Part shown: one piece after another, positions 14,168 to 28,100 of the stretch
How positions within the stretch are numbered: position 1 is the first letter of the stretch
Layout of the letters: each line of letters starts with the position of its first letter
Assembly (NCBI GenBank): GCA_002189035.1
Contig: NEEC01000009.1
Span: 186,001 to 250,000 of the forward strand
Length of the DNA stretch: 64,000 nucleotides
DNA from: Utricularia gibba
Lineage: Eukaryota > Plantae > Magnoliophyta
Reading direction: 5' to 3'
The notes under the pieces: model-generated
Seen by the model: only the letters and a program-made list of their open reading frames with translations
Databases searched by the model: none
What the model was told of the DNA's origin: nothing
Translations under genes and position numbers: made by a program

Positions 14168-16372
14168 AGAGTTTATTAGAAATGTAATGACCGTCGAAAT
14201 TTTATTTTTAAAAAATATTTATTCTGCAAAATTGTGTAACCAATAAACTTTTGTTAATTTATAGCAAATAAAATTGATGTATTTTAATTATACATTAATA
14301 TAAAAATAATGATTTATAATAATTCAAAAAACTATTTTATAATATATATGTGTAAATTGAATAAATATATCAATTGAAAATAAAAAAAATAGTATAAACT
14401 TAATGAAAAAATGGATTTTCTATCAAATCCAAATAAAATTCAAAAAAAATTTATCTCATTTGGATGTAATAGATCAATTTACATAGAGTCTAGGAAATTT
14501 TAATTAAAAAAATATTTATATTAAAACGATTTGTGCCAACTCGATATAAACAAAATAATTACAAGGAGGTACGGAAATAACCTCATGTGATTCCCCCTTA
14601 GACGATTAGGAAGACAAGAGGATTGTCTTCGATTGTCTTCAAAACCAAATTGTGCACGTGTGCCTAGCTGTTACCAATGGCCAGTGGCAGGTCCGAGATC
14701 ACAACCTGTCCATTGTCGCGGTACCTAGGCTACAAACAATCCGCTACTTCCCTCAAACCGGTAGAGTTGGAGTTAGTGCTCTTCAACTTGATCTTCACCA
14801 AAATCCGCGAGGAGTAACCTGCTACTCATGGACCTTGATTATAAGTCGTTATAGAAAGACTGCAACAAAATGCGTGGAAGTATGCGAAATCCGAATTGAA
14901 TTCAATGAAAAACAGAGTGTAATGCTCAATACTTGGAAGTAAACTTCATCTTCTCCCAAAAACTAAAGGGTTTTACCCCGAAAGGACCATGAAAACAAAA
15001 AACGAAAATGGAAGCTAAGTGTTCTTCCTCCTTGAGGGGAGTAAGAACTCAAAAGTTCTAAGTACAAAGCTAAAGTGCAAAAAGGTTCAAAAGTCCGAAA
15101 TAGATTGCTCCAAGTTGTTTTTATATTACTTCTCATGTGCATTAACTTCTTTGGATCCCCTTCCCATCATTACTTCTGTCTAGCGTGCGCCAACAGTTTT
15201 CCTTTGCGTGCAAGTTAGCGTCCAATCGTTGCTGCAGACTCTAGCATGCCGTAAGTAAGGGACCTTGACCAGTGTCAGTCTTCTGCCCACAATCGTTCCA
15301 AGTCGCGTTCAAGGTACGAAAAGTCAGAGTCTGACCTCCTGTAATATTTCTGCAACACTGCATGGCAGTCTCTTGACATACCTCGGTTAAAGAGTATGAA
15401 AAAAGACAGAAAATATATATAAAATAGAAAAATAGAATTTTTCTAAGGAAATTCAATTACTTATCAATATAATTCTTAATTGGACGACTTAATATATAAT
15501 TAACACATAATAATACCTAATAAATAACTAGAAAATGACACTTCACAATCACATAATGCACATACGGTATTTCCAGGTTTACGATGATATTCAATATCTA
15601 TAAGAGGGTTACGATGCAAAATAATGGGATTTGCAGTTGAAAAAAATTAAATTTGACTTTTTTTGCGAATGAAATCTTGAAAAAACTTAAAAATCCGAAG
15701 TTGAAGAATGCCGAGCTAATGAAGCTGCAATTTAACTTGAAGGACAAGATCTACAAATTGGAGAAACGACAGGGATATTTTAAGAAGCATTATATGTAGA
15801 GATGATTGTGTTAGATTTGATTCTATTTTATACATAATAATGTTTTAACTAAACTTTTTTTTCTATTTCTAAATTTGAGCAACTTTCAAGTATTGTTTGT
15901 ATGATTACTTTGAATTCTTGAAAACAATTTATAGTAAAACAACAAACAATTTGATCAATTGAATTGAAAACTTTAAATTCTTGAAAACAATTTATAGTAA
16001 TTTATGTATTGACATGAGCGGAGTAAATGTAACAATCATTAGCTCGATGTAAACGTTTTATGTACATCAAGTTGAACTTCAATATAAATATTTGTTTTTA
16101 ATTAAAAGTGTATCAGTTCATTTATCCATCGAGCTCATATTATTTTTTTTAGATTTTCGACACATAATTCTATTCTATTCATTGATGTTATAAAATATGT
16201 ATATATTTTATAACATTTTTTTTAATTATTATGAATAAATTTATTTTGTGTAGAATTATTATTTTTATATTGATAAATGATTAAAATACATCAATTTTAT
16301 TTTTACACACAATTATATGATGAGTATTTTTCCAAAACTAATTTTCCAAAGTTGGTAGATTTCTAAAATACC
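14168..16372. mobile_element. Degenerate non-autonomous Mutator-like element with long AT-rich terminal inverted repeats
   Basis: Exact 23-bp inverted match 14266-14288 vs 16280-16302, plus a 14-bp match 14297-14310 vs 16258-16271 at identical spacing. Looser similarity extends about 340 bp on each side. No TSD found, so the superfamily is inferred from TIR length. Confidence 0.5.
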
Positions 16373-16681
16373 CTAATGTCAAATTTTACTGCTTTTACAG
16401 CTTTACCTGCTGAACAAACGCAACTCAGCCCAAACGCAACACGAGGAGCACGATTTTTGCAGTTGACCAATGCTGGATATTCCACTTCAGGAGAATGCTG
16501 TGTTCTGTTCAAAAAAGATGGATTTTACCATCTACACCGCAGCTTACAAAGTTCTGTACAACTTTCTGCACCAGAGAGTGCATTTTTGGTTCTTCAGAAC
16601 AAAAGAAGCTGCAAATTCACCAAAGGGTCATGATTGGTTCTGTTTCTACTATTCATTTACATTTCGGTGAAACATTATACC

Positions 16682-19600
16682 TTACAAGGAGTGGTATGGT
16701 ACAGATACTGAGGTTTTGAAGTCACCCGGTCGACTGCGTGTTAATGAAACACTTGGAACACTTCTGACCAACCGTGGACGGCTGGATGCTGATGCAGCAT
16801 TGGGAGCACTTCTGACCAACTGTGGCTGGTTGTGAGCTGATGCAGCATTGGGAGCACTTCTGAACATCTGCAGTGTGTTTTGAAGTATATTTTCTCATTT
16901 CAGAGCTGTGAGTAGTTCATAAAGGCAGCACCAATTTGAGACTAGCCACTGACCCTTTCATGAGTAAAGCCCGAGGGAGGAGAGGAGCCGTAGCTTGCTT
17001 CCACTGGAAGATGGTTCACGCTCTCCTGAGAGAAGTCTCTCAGTCTGTTGAGCTCGGGGAGAACGATCTTCCCAAGATCAGGCCTGTCTTTTCTCCTCAA
17101 CTCTGCACACTGGAGTCCTAGTTTAGCCATAGCCAAAGCTTCCTCCAAGGGCCAATCTGGAACGTGAGAATCCAGTACTTCATCTATTGTGCCCTTCTCC
17201 ACTGCTCGGCCAATGATACGAGTCAATCCCATTGCTGGTTTTGCTGTTAATATTTGTAGAATCACAATCCCAAATGAATAAACATCAGATTTCACCCCAA
17301 GCATCCCTGTTTGTTGGTATTCAGGATCGATGTAGCAGAACGTTCCTGCTGTTGACGTAAGCCGTAGCTGTGTCACATCATCAGTCACAGAGGGAGGAAC
17401 AAGCCTGGCTAAACCAACATCACTGATTTTGCTCACATAGTTTTGGTCCAGAAGAATGTTCCCAGGTTTTAGATCACGATGGACCAAAGGCTCAGGCTTT
17501 GTTTGGTGGAGGAAATGTAATCCAGTGGCGATCTCTGCTGCAATTCGAAACCGCACTTGCCAAGAAAGAGGTCGAGTGTTCCCCTTCCTGAAAAGACGAT
17601 CTTCAAGGCTTCCATTTTCCATGTACTCATAGACAAGACATCCGTATTCTGGGCATGCTCCAAGAAGCAGAACCATGTTGGGGTGTCTCAGACAACTCAA
17701 AACTTCAACCTGTTCATGATAATATATAATTTGTTAAAAAGGAACAACAACAACCATTGCAATGAAGGCACGAGCAAACCATATATGTACCCAAACCTTA
17801 CTTCCTGATTGAACTGAATTTTTCCTTGAGCAGCATCCGGGCGCAGAACTTTTATGGCGACAGGCGTATGATCAAGGTGGCTCCTGTATACAGGACCATA
17901 ACCACCTTCTCCAATCTTCTGGGATTCCGAGAAGCACTTTGTTGCCTCTTCGATTTCTTCGATGCTATATCTTCTATATCTTAATGCTGTTAACACACGC
18001 TCGGTGTGATTTGACCCTGAAAGAGCTTCCATTTCAATGGCCAAACGTTTCTGCGCTTCAAGTTCTGCAACTCTTCTTGCTGCTTGAGCATCCTCCAATG
18101 CTGCTTTATATTTTGCTCTCTCTTGCTCAGCACTCAATCGAGCTGCTTCCTCTGCTGATCGAGCAGCTTCCAGCCTTCTTTCTTCTTCCATTCTCCAACG
18201 ATGAAGTTCAGCAGCCTACATAATAATGTATATTACAGAGAGAGCAAATCCTGAACTAGACGCATTTTGCGGTTTCACTCACCTTTTGTTTTGCAGTCAA
18301 TGCCTCCCTACAAGCTGTGCTATACATTTCCATTGTTTTCTGCAACTCTGTCTTCAGTCTTCTCATTTCAGCCTCTGCATCATCCTTGATTTTTTTAAAA
18401 ACCCAATACTTAGTAAACGACAACAAAAGCATGCGACCATCTGCATTCGATAAGGCACTTACACTTTCAAGAGAAGATGTTGAAAAGTCAGTCACAAAGC
18501 TCTGTTCGCTCCCTTTAGCCCACGACCCATAACTGCTTGCGGAGCTAGTAGAAACTCGTGCACTCTTCCATGGATCAGAGGCATCAAAGAGTGCACCAGA
18601 CAATGGAGTAATGGGTATATCGGTGCTTGGTCTACTGGAGCTCACAAATGATATATCACTCTCTGCTTCCATCTCATCAGCAAATATGCTGGGATTGTAA
18701 CCTCTCTCCTTGGTTAAAGGTGACCTATTACAGCAATGTATTCATAATCTCAACAACACCTTTCTTGTGAATTTCCATAAGAAAAGCAGCATTCAGCAGG
18801 AAACTTACCTGAAGAAATCCACATCATGAACAGCATTGGCTTTGCGGGGTGTCCTGTCTGTTCCAGTTAAATGAGATTATTTATCAAATGAGCAATGAAG
18901 AGAACCTCAAAACGCCTATTACAGTTCAAGGGCTTGTTCTACAGGGATTGGATGCAACATAAAAGGTGCAATGTTAGAAGAATACTGGATGCTAAAAAGG
19001 AAGATTCAGACAAACCTCTTGCGTAGGACATGTGTCGAGGGATTGGATCAGGGGTGTGGGAGGTAGGCAAAGTGGTAGCATTCCCCTTTTGCATTTGTTG
19101 TATTTGAGGAAGAAGGGGGGACGTAAATGGTGCCATGCGAGAGGCATTTCGAACCAACGATATCTTCGATTTCGAGATAACATAAACTGCGCAGAAATCT
19201 GGGGAGGCTTTTGAAACAGTAGTGGGGATATCCATCGTCTTCAACCTTCTGCAACATTAGGCATCAACAGCTCATGTTAAGTAAGATTCTACCCTGCGAT
19301 GATATCAAGAAATCATTCGGAAAAAGGGATTTCTTTGCGTACTTGAAAAAGCCACGATGGGATGCACCCAAGACCAAGTGCTCAATTGCAGCCTGAGCAA
19401 CATACTCCACGATCATCTTTGCGATATCTGGGTCCTCTAGAACAACATCGAAGCAACGTATCTGTGAAAAAAGTAATCACAACTGCAGATTCAACAAATA
19501 TCAACAAAGAACAAAACTATTCAACAAACACACACATCTTTTCGCGTGCAGAAGCAATGGAAGGTGAGGAATAACTCTCGAACATGACCTTCAAGCAGTT

Positions 19601-19900
19601 GAAGGTCAGCCGACCCAGACCCAATCAATGCATTTGTATTGTATTTATCTACAGATGAAGGCGAGGGGAATGAGCAAGAACTATCACGATACAAACACAC
19701 AACGAGAAAATGTCGAATTTACTCGACGAGTTCGCAACGCAGTGAATGAGAATCACGGTTTGGCCTTTGGAAAGAAGATTATCGACAGCCCATTTGATCG
19801 CATGTTGGCTTCCTCTATCTTTATCGATCGCTACAGCAACTAAACCATTTCGACCTCCACTTTTTGCACCTTCGCCACTTCTGTAGCTGGAACTCCACAT
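16682..19900 (-). CDS. USP (adenine nucleotide alpha-hydrolase-like) domain + coiled coil + Ser/Thr kinase (RLCK-IXb / PUB52-like kinase, no U-box seen)
   Basis: N-terminus VAVAIDKDRGSQHAIKWAV, LFLTFHCFCTRKD, AAIEHLVLGA; kinase motifs IGEGGYGPVY, VAIKVL, HRDLKPGNILLD, DVGLA, GTFCYIDPEYQQTG; probable last exon 16682-16867. Confidence 0.92.
16759..16863 (-). repeat. 48-bp coding tandem repeat (about 2.2 copies) in the kinase's last exon
   Basis: cacttctga recurs at 16759, 16807 and 16855; encodes RSAPNAASAHNQPQLV / RSAPNAASASSRPRLV / RSVP. Confidence 0.9.
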
Positions 19901-20312
19901 TTCCTTTCAGATGTAGAGGCTTTTCCTCTTTTTGAAAGAGAAAATGGAAACCTTCTTCTTCTTGTATTTTTGTTTCTCCCTACGAAACTCGCGAACATTG
20001 GAGTGAAAGCACAAATGGCGCGCCGTGGATCTCTCAGGTTTCTACGATCAACGAAGGACGTACAATCGATTGCTTGAGAAAAAACAACTGTTTCTTCTAA
20101 TCATTTTGATCACATCACTGCATGCCAAACCGCACTCCGACAAATCAGCTACTCGAACCGTTTGTGCCCTAAACAAATAAAAGCAAATTCGCTAAGGACA
20201 AGCCCAAGTCAATTCACATTTGGGCAAGACTGCAAAAGTGATCATCTCTGGCACGGCAACACAAACCCACATCAACTCAATCTTCTTTACGAAGGATTCT
20301 TGGCAGAGGTCG

Positions 20313-20552
20313 ATGCATCTGTGGCCGTCCCTGAAGCTGCGGGACTCATTCAAGCCCGATTATTTGAATAAGCTGGAATGGAACCGTCTCAAGATGAAAA
20401 TCGAAAAGCGACAGCAAAATCAGTCTGAGAGTCTGTTGGATGATTCTGATTCAGAATCTAATGGTTCCCGAAATGGTGGAATTGGTTTGCTTTGCCGGGA
20501 AATCATCACGGTTCTTTCCTGCGGCTACTGCTGTGGAGGTGACAATCACTGA
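20313..20552 (+). CDS. Small plant protein of unknown function (MxLWPSL+LRDSFK..YL.KLEWN...SCxYCC); 3' end may be spliced
   Basis: ORF MHLWPSLKLRDSFKPDYLNKLEWNRLKMKIEK...REIITVLSCGYCCG resembles a small plant family recalled from memory, not verified. A possible GT donor follows GGAG. Confidence 0.65.
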   Translation: MHLWPSLKLRDSFKPDYLNKLEWNRLKMKIEKRQQNQSESLLDDSDSESNGSRNGGIGLLCREIITVLSCGYCCGGDNH

Positions 20553-22621
20553 GCTTTCTTCGCTGAAATCCCTCCCCTAGTTTTGCGCTTGTTCATAGTA
20601 GGTGGCACTTGCCCAAATGATTCGCTGTGTATGAAGCTTGGCAGAGATTCCCCGAATCGTTTTGCTCTGGTTTTTTCTCGAATGCGTTTCAACCCAAGAT
20701 CGTTTTTTTCCTTCCCAAGTGGTGTGAATTCGGGGTTTCTCCTATGTGTAACCCTTCAAAAACAGATTGTGGTAACATAGAATAAATTTTTCAGAACTGA
20801 TGTGTATGAAAAGGAAGCAGATTGAGTATGCTGTGAGACTCTAAAAGACCCCTTGCATTGCATTTACAAAGTAGTGTTTAACTCGTTCGTAGTGCCTTTC
20901 TAAAGTAGGTGAAAAACTGTTGGAAACACCCTGTGATCTCCGTTAGCTTGGATGATGAACACGAGTGGAGATCTCCATGGATCGATCTGTTATTTTCAAA
21001 TACTCCGTGTCCATGACCCCCCAGCTTGAAATGATGAAGGGGACAGTTGAAGCCATCGCAGAGAGGCTAATCTGTTTGTATGGAAATCATCATTTATGCG
21101 AATCTTGCATCTTTAATCAAAAGCAGTCGTGTGTTGAGTGCGGAAAAGCAAACACTCAAAGTAGACCGGTGGTGGGGCTGATTGGAGTCACCGAGCGCCT
21201 CCGGGCCACTTCATTTCATATTTTCATTCATCCTGTGTTCGCCCCGCCCCCGCTGGGTCCAGCTCCGCCCTGATGTTGTTCAACACGGATTGGATGGTCC
21301 TCTACCACACCAAACACGCCAGTTTCCAATTATTCAACTATAAGCAACCCAAGGAACGAACACACGCTCAGACATGGAAGCAAGAAGCGCCAAGGTGTGT
21401 GTGGTGGTGTGGTGGGGTGGGGTGTCAATTGCGGGAGTAAATGTACAACATAATTTCCCAGTTGCAGGCAGCGGCACCGCAACGTAGGCAGGCAACATGT
21501 CCCACGGAGAATGGACGGCCGTCAATTGCAATAAGGCTGGCTGTGCAATTGAAGTGGGAGATATATTATTCCCTCAATACATTAAAGTCCTGCAACCGAC
21601 ACCTGTTAAATTATCGCCAATTAAAAATGTTTTCCCCAATTCCAAATATTTTTTTTTCTTTTTAGGAGGGGTGGCTTCCGGGGAATATTTCTTTTTTATT
21701 TTTTTATTTTCAATAATATAGATTGTTAATTTGGTTTTTTACAACAAGAAATTCACCGTACCCCGTACGACGGTTAAAATCCGGGACCTCAAACTGCCAA
21801 TCTTTTCTTTTACCGGTGCACTTTGACCACGTGCAACAGTTACCTTGACGCACCCACCCGCAGCAGGGTAGATTAGATTACCGAATCCGTTGCCTCACGG
21901 CTGCCGACAAGTGCCGGGTGGGCTCCACACGCTCGACCGGCATTCACGCAGTGTAATGACGTGATTGCCCATAAATTAATACCCCTCTGCCCTCATCTTC
22001 CTTCCAATCCCCACACAGTGTGAGTTTGTTTATACAACAACATTAATTAATATTGGAAATCACCCCCCCCCCTTGTAATGTGTTACCTTGCCCATAAAGT
22101 AGGTTTCCGTTTTTACCCATGATTTTGACTTGATTTGACCAACAACGTCACCCGCCACACCTGAATATTTGCGTTTGGCGCCACCGCCGAAAATACCGGG
22201 TGTTGTCGGTATTCCGCCCCCCTTTCTTCTTTCTTGACTTGCGTTTTTTTCTTACAGTTTCGCCTTTCACTCTTTCCAAAGAACATCACCTAATAGTAAT
22301 AATTCACCATTTATGCTGAATTATTTTGCGTATTCGGTATATCTTTTTTGCGTCATGTTTTTATTTAAATATATGGATTAAAATATTATTTACCCATAAA
22401 AAAGTATTATAATGTTGAACTGATCTTCTTTTTATAATAGTTTTTAATCTAATTCATTTTATTGTTAATTTCTAAAATTATTAAATTGAATTTTTAAAAA
22501 AGTAGTGGGACTCGGCAAGGCTACCGTTATTTAAACCAGTGGCCATCTTCTTCCATTAGACATTCGTTTGGCACACGGCGCCAGTTGGTTCTGCTCGAAT
22601 TATGCAATTTGAGAACCTCCG

Positions 22622-24312
22622 ATGGCGTGCATTCAACCACCCACTCTGACCGCAGCCGCCGCCGTGAGTGACGCAAGGATGCCGCTGCATTCGCTGGAAC
22701 CCGCCATTGATGCCGACAAATTGAGCTACGCGATTTTTTCCATTCTGGAATCCAATTTCTTGTTCGGCTACGATTCTCCCAGTCTCCGTAAACCCAAGGA
22801 GTTAGCCGTCGCCCTCGACCAGCCGCCGCAGCCTGTCAAAGGAGACGATACGGCGGATAAGAATTGGAAGCGGAATAAGGTGTTTATTCTCAGCCTCGAC
22901 GCTGCGGGGATGCGGGGGGTAATTCTGGGGAAGACTCTGGAGTATGTGGAAAATGCCCTGAAGGAGAAATCGGGGAACCGTAACGCCAAAATCGCCGATT
23001 ACTTCGACGTCTTCGCCGGTACTGGCATCGGCGGCATCTTTGCGGCGATGCTTCTGTCCCCGAACGGCTGTGACGCGGCGGAGACGCGGCGGTTACTAGA
23101 AACAGAGGGTGAGACATTGTTCGGCAAAAAACGCGATTCGAGAGGAGGGTTTCTGAAACGTGCGTTTAAGAAATCCGGGGCCACCTCCTCTCTGGAAAAG
23201 CTGATGAAAAAGGCGTTCACGGAGAAGAAAACTGGACGGAGATTGACGTTGAGGGATACCCTGAAACCGGTGTTGATCCCCTGCTACGACCTCTCAAGCG
23301 CCGCGCCGTTTCTGTTCTCACGCGCCGACGCATTCCAAAGCGATAGCTTCAATTTCAACCTGTGGGAGGTCTGTTTAGCGACAGCCGCGGAGCCGGGGCT
23401 CTTCGATCCAGTGTCGATGAAGTCGGTGGACGGGGAAACCCGGTGTATGGGCATCGCCGGCAGGGTGGCGATGAGTAATCCCACGGCTGCGGCGATCACT
23501 CACGTCCTGCATAACAAAAGGGACTTTCCCATGGTCCGGGGGCTTGAAGATATTTGCGTCCTGTCTCTCGGCGGCGGCGGGCAGTTGGCGCAGGGCAGCT
23601 GTGAGTACGAGAAGGTGAAGAAATGGAAGGCCAAGGAATGGGCGCGCCCCTTGGCCAGAATCTCCGCAGACACTTCCGCTGAGCTCGTTGACCACGCGGT
23701 GGCCATGGCCATGGCCTCTCGCCGTAACCATGGAACCAATTACGTCCGCATTCAGGTTACCACTCTCAATCATAACTTACTATGCATCATTCTTTAGGAC
23801 AGAAGCTTGATTAATCCCATAGATTTTTATCTTTAAGTAGGCAATTAGACGTAATAAATACACTGTTAATGTCATGTCAACAGGAATTAATCATCTCATC
23901 TCATCTCATCTTCATCATCTTCAGACTTGAATATTCAACTGCTGCCTGCCTGCCTGCCTGCTTCTATGAAACTCCTCCTCCTCCTCCATTATTCAACCGC
24001 CCTCATCACTGTCGCATTAGTAATACTTAGGCAGCCCTGTTGCTGCTATCTATCTTATTTAATGGTTTTTGGCAGGCTAATGGACCTACTTTGGGGTGGC
24101 GCGGCTTGGATTCTGACCCGGATCCCAACCCCAGAAACGTCAAGAAGCTGACGGAGATGGCTGACGAGATGATGAAGCAAAAGAATGTGGAATCTTTTCT
24201 CCTGGGAGGAAGGCGGGTTGGGGAAGAGAGCAATGGCCAGAAACTGGACCGGTTTGCCGAGCAGCTGGTGGAGGAGCACCGGAGGCGAACCGGAGCTCCG
24301 AAATACCATTAG
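22622..24312 (+). CDS. Patatin-like protein, pPLAIII group, 2 exons
   Basis: DKLSYAIFSILESNFLFGY, ADYFDVFAGTGIGGIFAAML, LKPVLIPCYDLSSAAPFLFSRADA, AMSNPTAAAITHVLHNK, NYVRIQ|ANG; intron about 23756-24075. Confidence 0.93.
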
Positions 24313-25147
24313 AAAACAAAAACAATACGTTGTATGGTATGGTGTACTTTCTAACCACAAATATGTTGTAATTCTACGATCAAAGTTAGAATGCCCACCT
24401 TCTGGGCAATAGGTGATGATGAAAAGTACGATGTGGGAAATAATAAAGTCGATGTCGGGTATTGAACGAGGAAGGGAGTCACATCAATGAAATGGGCGCA
24501 TTTTGTTGCGGCCAGCAGTGACCCGATGGGGATGGAGGAGACACGCACGGATGCCTCTTTGTTGTGTCGCTGGTAATCGCCTGTCCATGGCATTTACAGT
24601 GGATGCATCCCTACCGACACACATTTCACTGTGTTACAGACCGGCTTTATGATGAAAAGGAGGCAAGGCAAGGCAAGGCACCCCAGGAAAGTAACTCGGC
24701 CTCTCTGCTGGGTGGGATTATTTACCCACCCAGGAGCGACTAAATGGAAATCCCAACTATGGCATCGCCCGGCGTTGTCTGGGCAGCAATGAGTCAGCCC
24801 CCTACGCGGAGGTCGTGTCTTTTGCTTTCTCTATTCTTCTCCTCCCGTGAATAACAACCCACTGACATTACCTGGACCTCGGCTCTCTTCCCTTGTTATC
24901 TCAACGAGGGCGAGGTTGTACCACAACTTGCAACAGCATAACTACAACTGGTTCAAATGAGGAACAGGGGGGAGTACCTTCAAGGTATCTTAAGCATAGA
25001 ACAGAATGTCTCCTATGAGAAAGAATGAATGACCGTAATTACAGTTGCATTATGCAAATCAGAAGAAAACAACTATTATTCAGGGAGCAGAACACAAAAA
25101 TCACGTAGCAGTAATAATAATAATCATAGCAGCCTTATTCTGCCGAG

Positions 25148-28100
25148 TCAACGCGTGGCTTCTGCGAGAGGTGATGGAAGTGAGTCTTGCAGTGCAGGGT
25201 TACTGGGAAATAGCATGTTTTGAGCGCTGTGTGCCATCAGTTGATCTATCAGCACGAGAGCTGCCATGGCTTCCACCATTGGGACGGCTGCAATTCGACA
25301 ATCAAACCATTTGGGAATCAACGTTTTCCCAACAAACAAAAAGAGAAGCTTTGCAAGTCTTAAGATTCAGCAGGTAGAGTTGGCAACGGGAAGAACTAAC
25401 CTCTAGGAACGACGCAGGGATCATGGCGACCTCGAGCTATGAGCTCTGTCTCATGCTTGTCTCTTGTAACAGTGTTCTGTTTCCGCTGCATATGGGGGAA
25501 GCAGACATGTTCAATAAAGCTGGAATTCGGCCCTCTGATTCGAGCTTCAAAGTGTGCGAAAGCTAGCAAATAATTAGAACATACCGAGATAGTAGATGTT
25601 GGCTTGAAAGCTATTCTCATGTTGATGATCTCTCCATTTGATATTCCACCCTAAAGCCAGGAAGGCACAAGGAACGTCTAACCAAGTGGACGAGAATGCA
25701 GAGTACACAAGGTTCAATACTTGAGGAAAAACCAAGGCTCAGAAATCTAACCTGTATGCCACCAGATCGGTTGGTTTTTGTTCTGATTTGGCCGTGTTCA
25801 TTTATGTAAAACTCATCATTGTGCTCGCTACCGGTCATGAATGTACCTGTGAGTTAAAATAGGCAGAAGCCAGACATTATATGACTGAGGATACGGAGTA
25901 ACATTATAAGCCCCTCCTCTTACCAGCAAACCCACTGCCGAACTCAAATCCTTTGGTTGCAGGAAGTGACATCATGCCTTTGGCCAATTCTGCTTCCAGT
26001 TTATCGAATACTGGAGAACCAAGGCCCTGGAAAGGTGAAATATGTGAGATTCCACAGGCAAGAGCGAGAGAGCGCACACGTGAGAGACAGAGAGAGAAAC
26101 AGAGATCCTTACCCGGGGAACATTTCGTGCAATACATGTAACAACTCCACCAACTGAATCGCCCATCACTCTAACAGTATCAATTGCAGCAATCATTTTT
26201 CCAGCATATTCAGGATCCGGGCACCTCACAATGTTATCCTCTACCTGGAAAATGTTATGCGCCAATGTAATTCTCAGCACAAACGAGATACTGAAGTTCT
26301 AGTTTTCGTCACATTAATTAAAAAAAAGGCATTTCAAATGAAAGAATCTCAAAAGACTCCATCCCTGGAAAGAATATTACCAATGTTCATTCTGTCACAA
26401 CTATCAAATAAACCAGACACAGCACATTTGATACCAAGGCAAGAAAACAACGATGCCAAAAAATACCTGCTCAAGAGTCAGAGTATGGTGATTCACCAAA
26501 TTATCCGGAAGGACAACTTTGTGCGCTTGTGAAACATAAGCAATGATCTGCAAGCTTAACACGAAAAAAACACAATAAGAGATCATGCGCCTCTTTAGGT
26601 ATATCCAACAGTAGCATTTTCCTTGCCTCTACTCCAGCATACAGCTTTAGAATTTTCTTAGCCACTGCTCCAGCTGCAACTCTACCAATGGTTTCTCTTG
26701 CCGAAGATCGACCACCACCCTGTGTTTTTCAGAAAGTTACCAAGCATGGCCATTTCCAAGAAGGTTATATACATGAAGAAATTCACACATCAAACGAATG
26801 CAGAAACATATGAAAATTCTCTAATCTTTTACAAGCATTTTACCTGAACTGATCTTACACCATACTTGAAATCATATGTTGCATCCGCATGAGATGGTCT
26901 ATAAGCGATTGACATTTCACTGTAATCCTAAAGAAAATTTCCAAACAAGATTTAACCATCTGAGGAAAAAACTTCGTGAAAATGATAGCCTCCCTTTGTT
27001 AAAAAACGTGTAAGCTTTGGAAGAACTTCATTCAACAATTATAGGTGATTTGCGCCAAAAAAAGCTAACCGAAGATTTTCAAATGATGCAAAAAAATAAT
27101 GAAGCACAATAATCACAGCAAAAATCGCTGTTATAAAAAGGTGCAACTCAAAGAATAAATCACAACATTCATCTTTCTGCTCATTTTCATCAAAGTAACT
27201 ATTTCAAAAACCATAAAGAAAAAATGGCATCAGATAATCAGGTCATGCACATACATTCCCTCTTTGATCAGTATTAGGCACTTCCACTTTTATTGGAGTT
27301 CCAGTGGTAACCCCTGTCACATTGACAAGAATAATCTTATCATCCTGTCAATTAGTTTCCAGGCAACACGCTAACCAGCCGCAAACTTACCATCAGCAAC
27401 TCCAGATGCTATTTTGCATGTGTCTGTCTCTTTTCTAGGAGTAGTGATCCTACTCTGACCTGGCCTCCTGACAATTATTCCACAACGATATGGATCAATA
27501 CAAGGTAACCCATTAAATCCATAAAAAAATATTGACAACGCAAGGGAAACAGAATGAATGAGATTCGCTACAATTTAATGGATGTTAAGTGCCATTTTTT
27601 TTAAAAACAAACAAAAAACGAATTTAGCCTCTTGGCGCATACAGCAAGCCAGAAATCGTCTAGTTCAACTTCCCTATAGGCACAAGCATGTAAAAGATTT
27701 CAAGAAATATGGCTCTAAGAAAGATTTACTACCTCCGATCGAGGTCAACTTGGATATCAGCTTCGGAGAGTGGAATTCTAGGAGGGCATCCATCAATAAT
27801 GCATCCGACACCTCCACCATGAGACTCTCCAAATGTTGTAACACGAAAGTAATTACCGTACGTGCTACCACCCGCATGCACCTCTGTTCAAGAATATTTA
27901 GTTTTACTAAAATACTTGTTCTTTGCCGGAAAAATGTAACCATTAGAGTCAGCATTGGGTTCACAATTCCCTTGCAAAGTTCTTAGAAAAACAAGCTTAT
28001 TTATTTTATTATCAGGTTCCTCGAAATAGCATCTGAGCCACCACTTCATTCAACGTCATCATCCAAACAATCTAATTAGAAAAAAAGGGATCTCATTTTC

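Noticed and set aside
14586-15378. Solo LTR call (TGT...ACA)
   Set aside because: Flanks do not form a TSD; kept only as unexplained cargo.
20965-21273. 102-aa ORF with Cys pairs
   Set aside because: No family motif and no support beyond length.
27582-27986. Long ORFs that appear to be a separate gene inside chorismate synthase
   Set aside because: They are alternative frames over the real exon 2.
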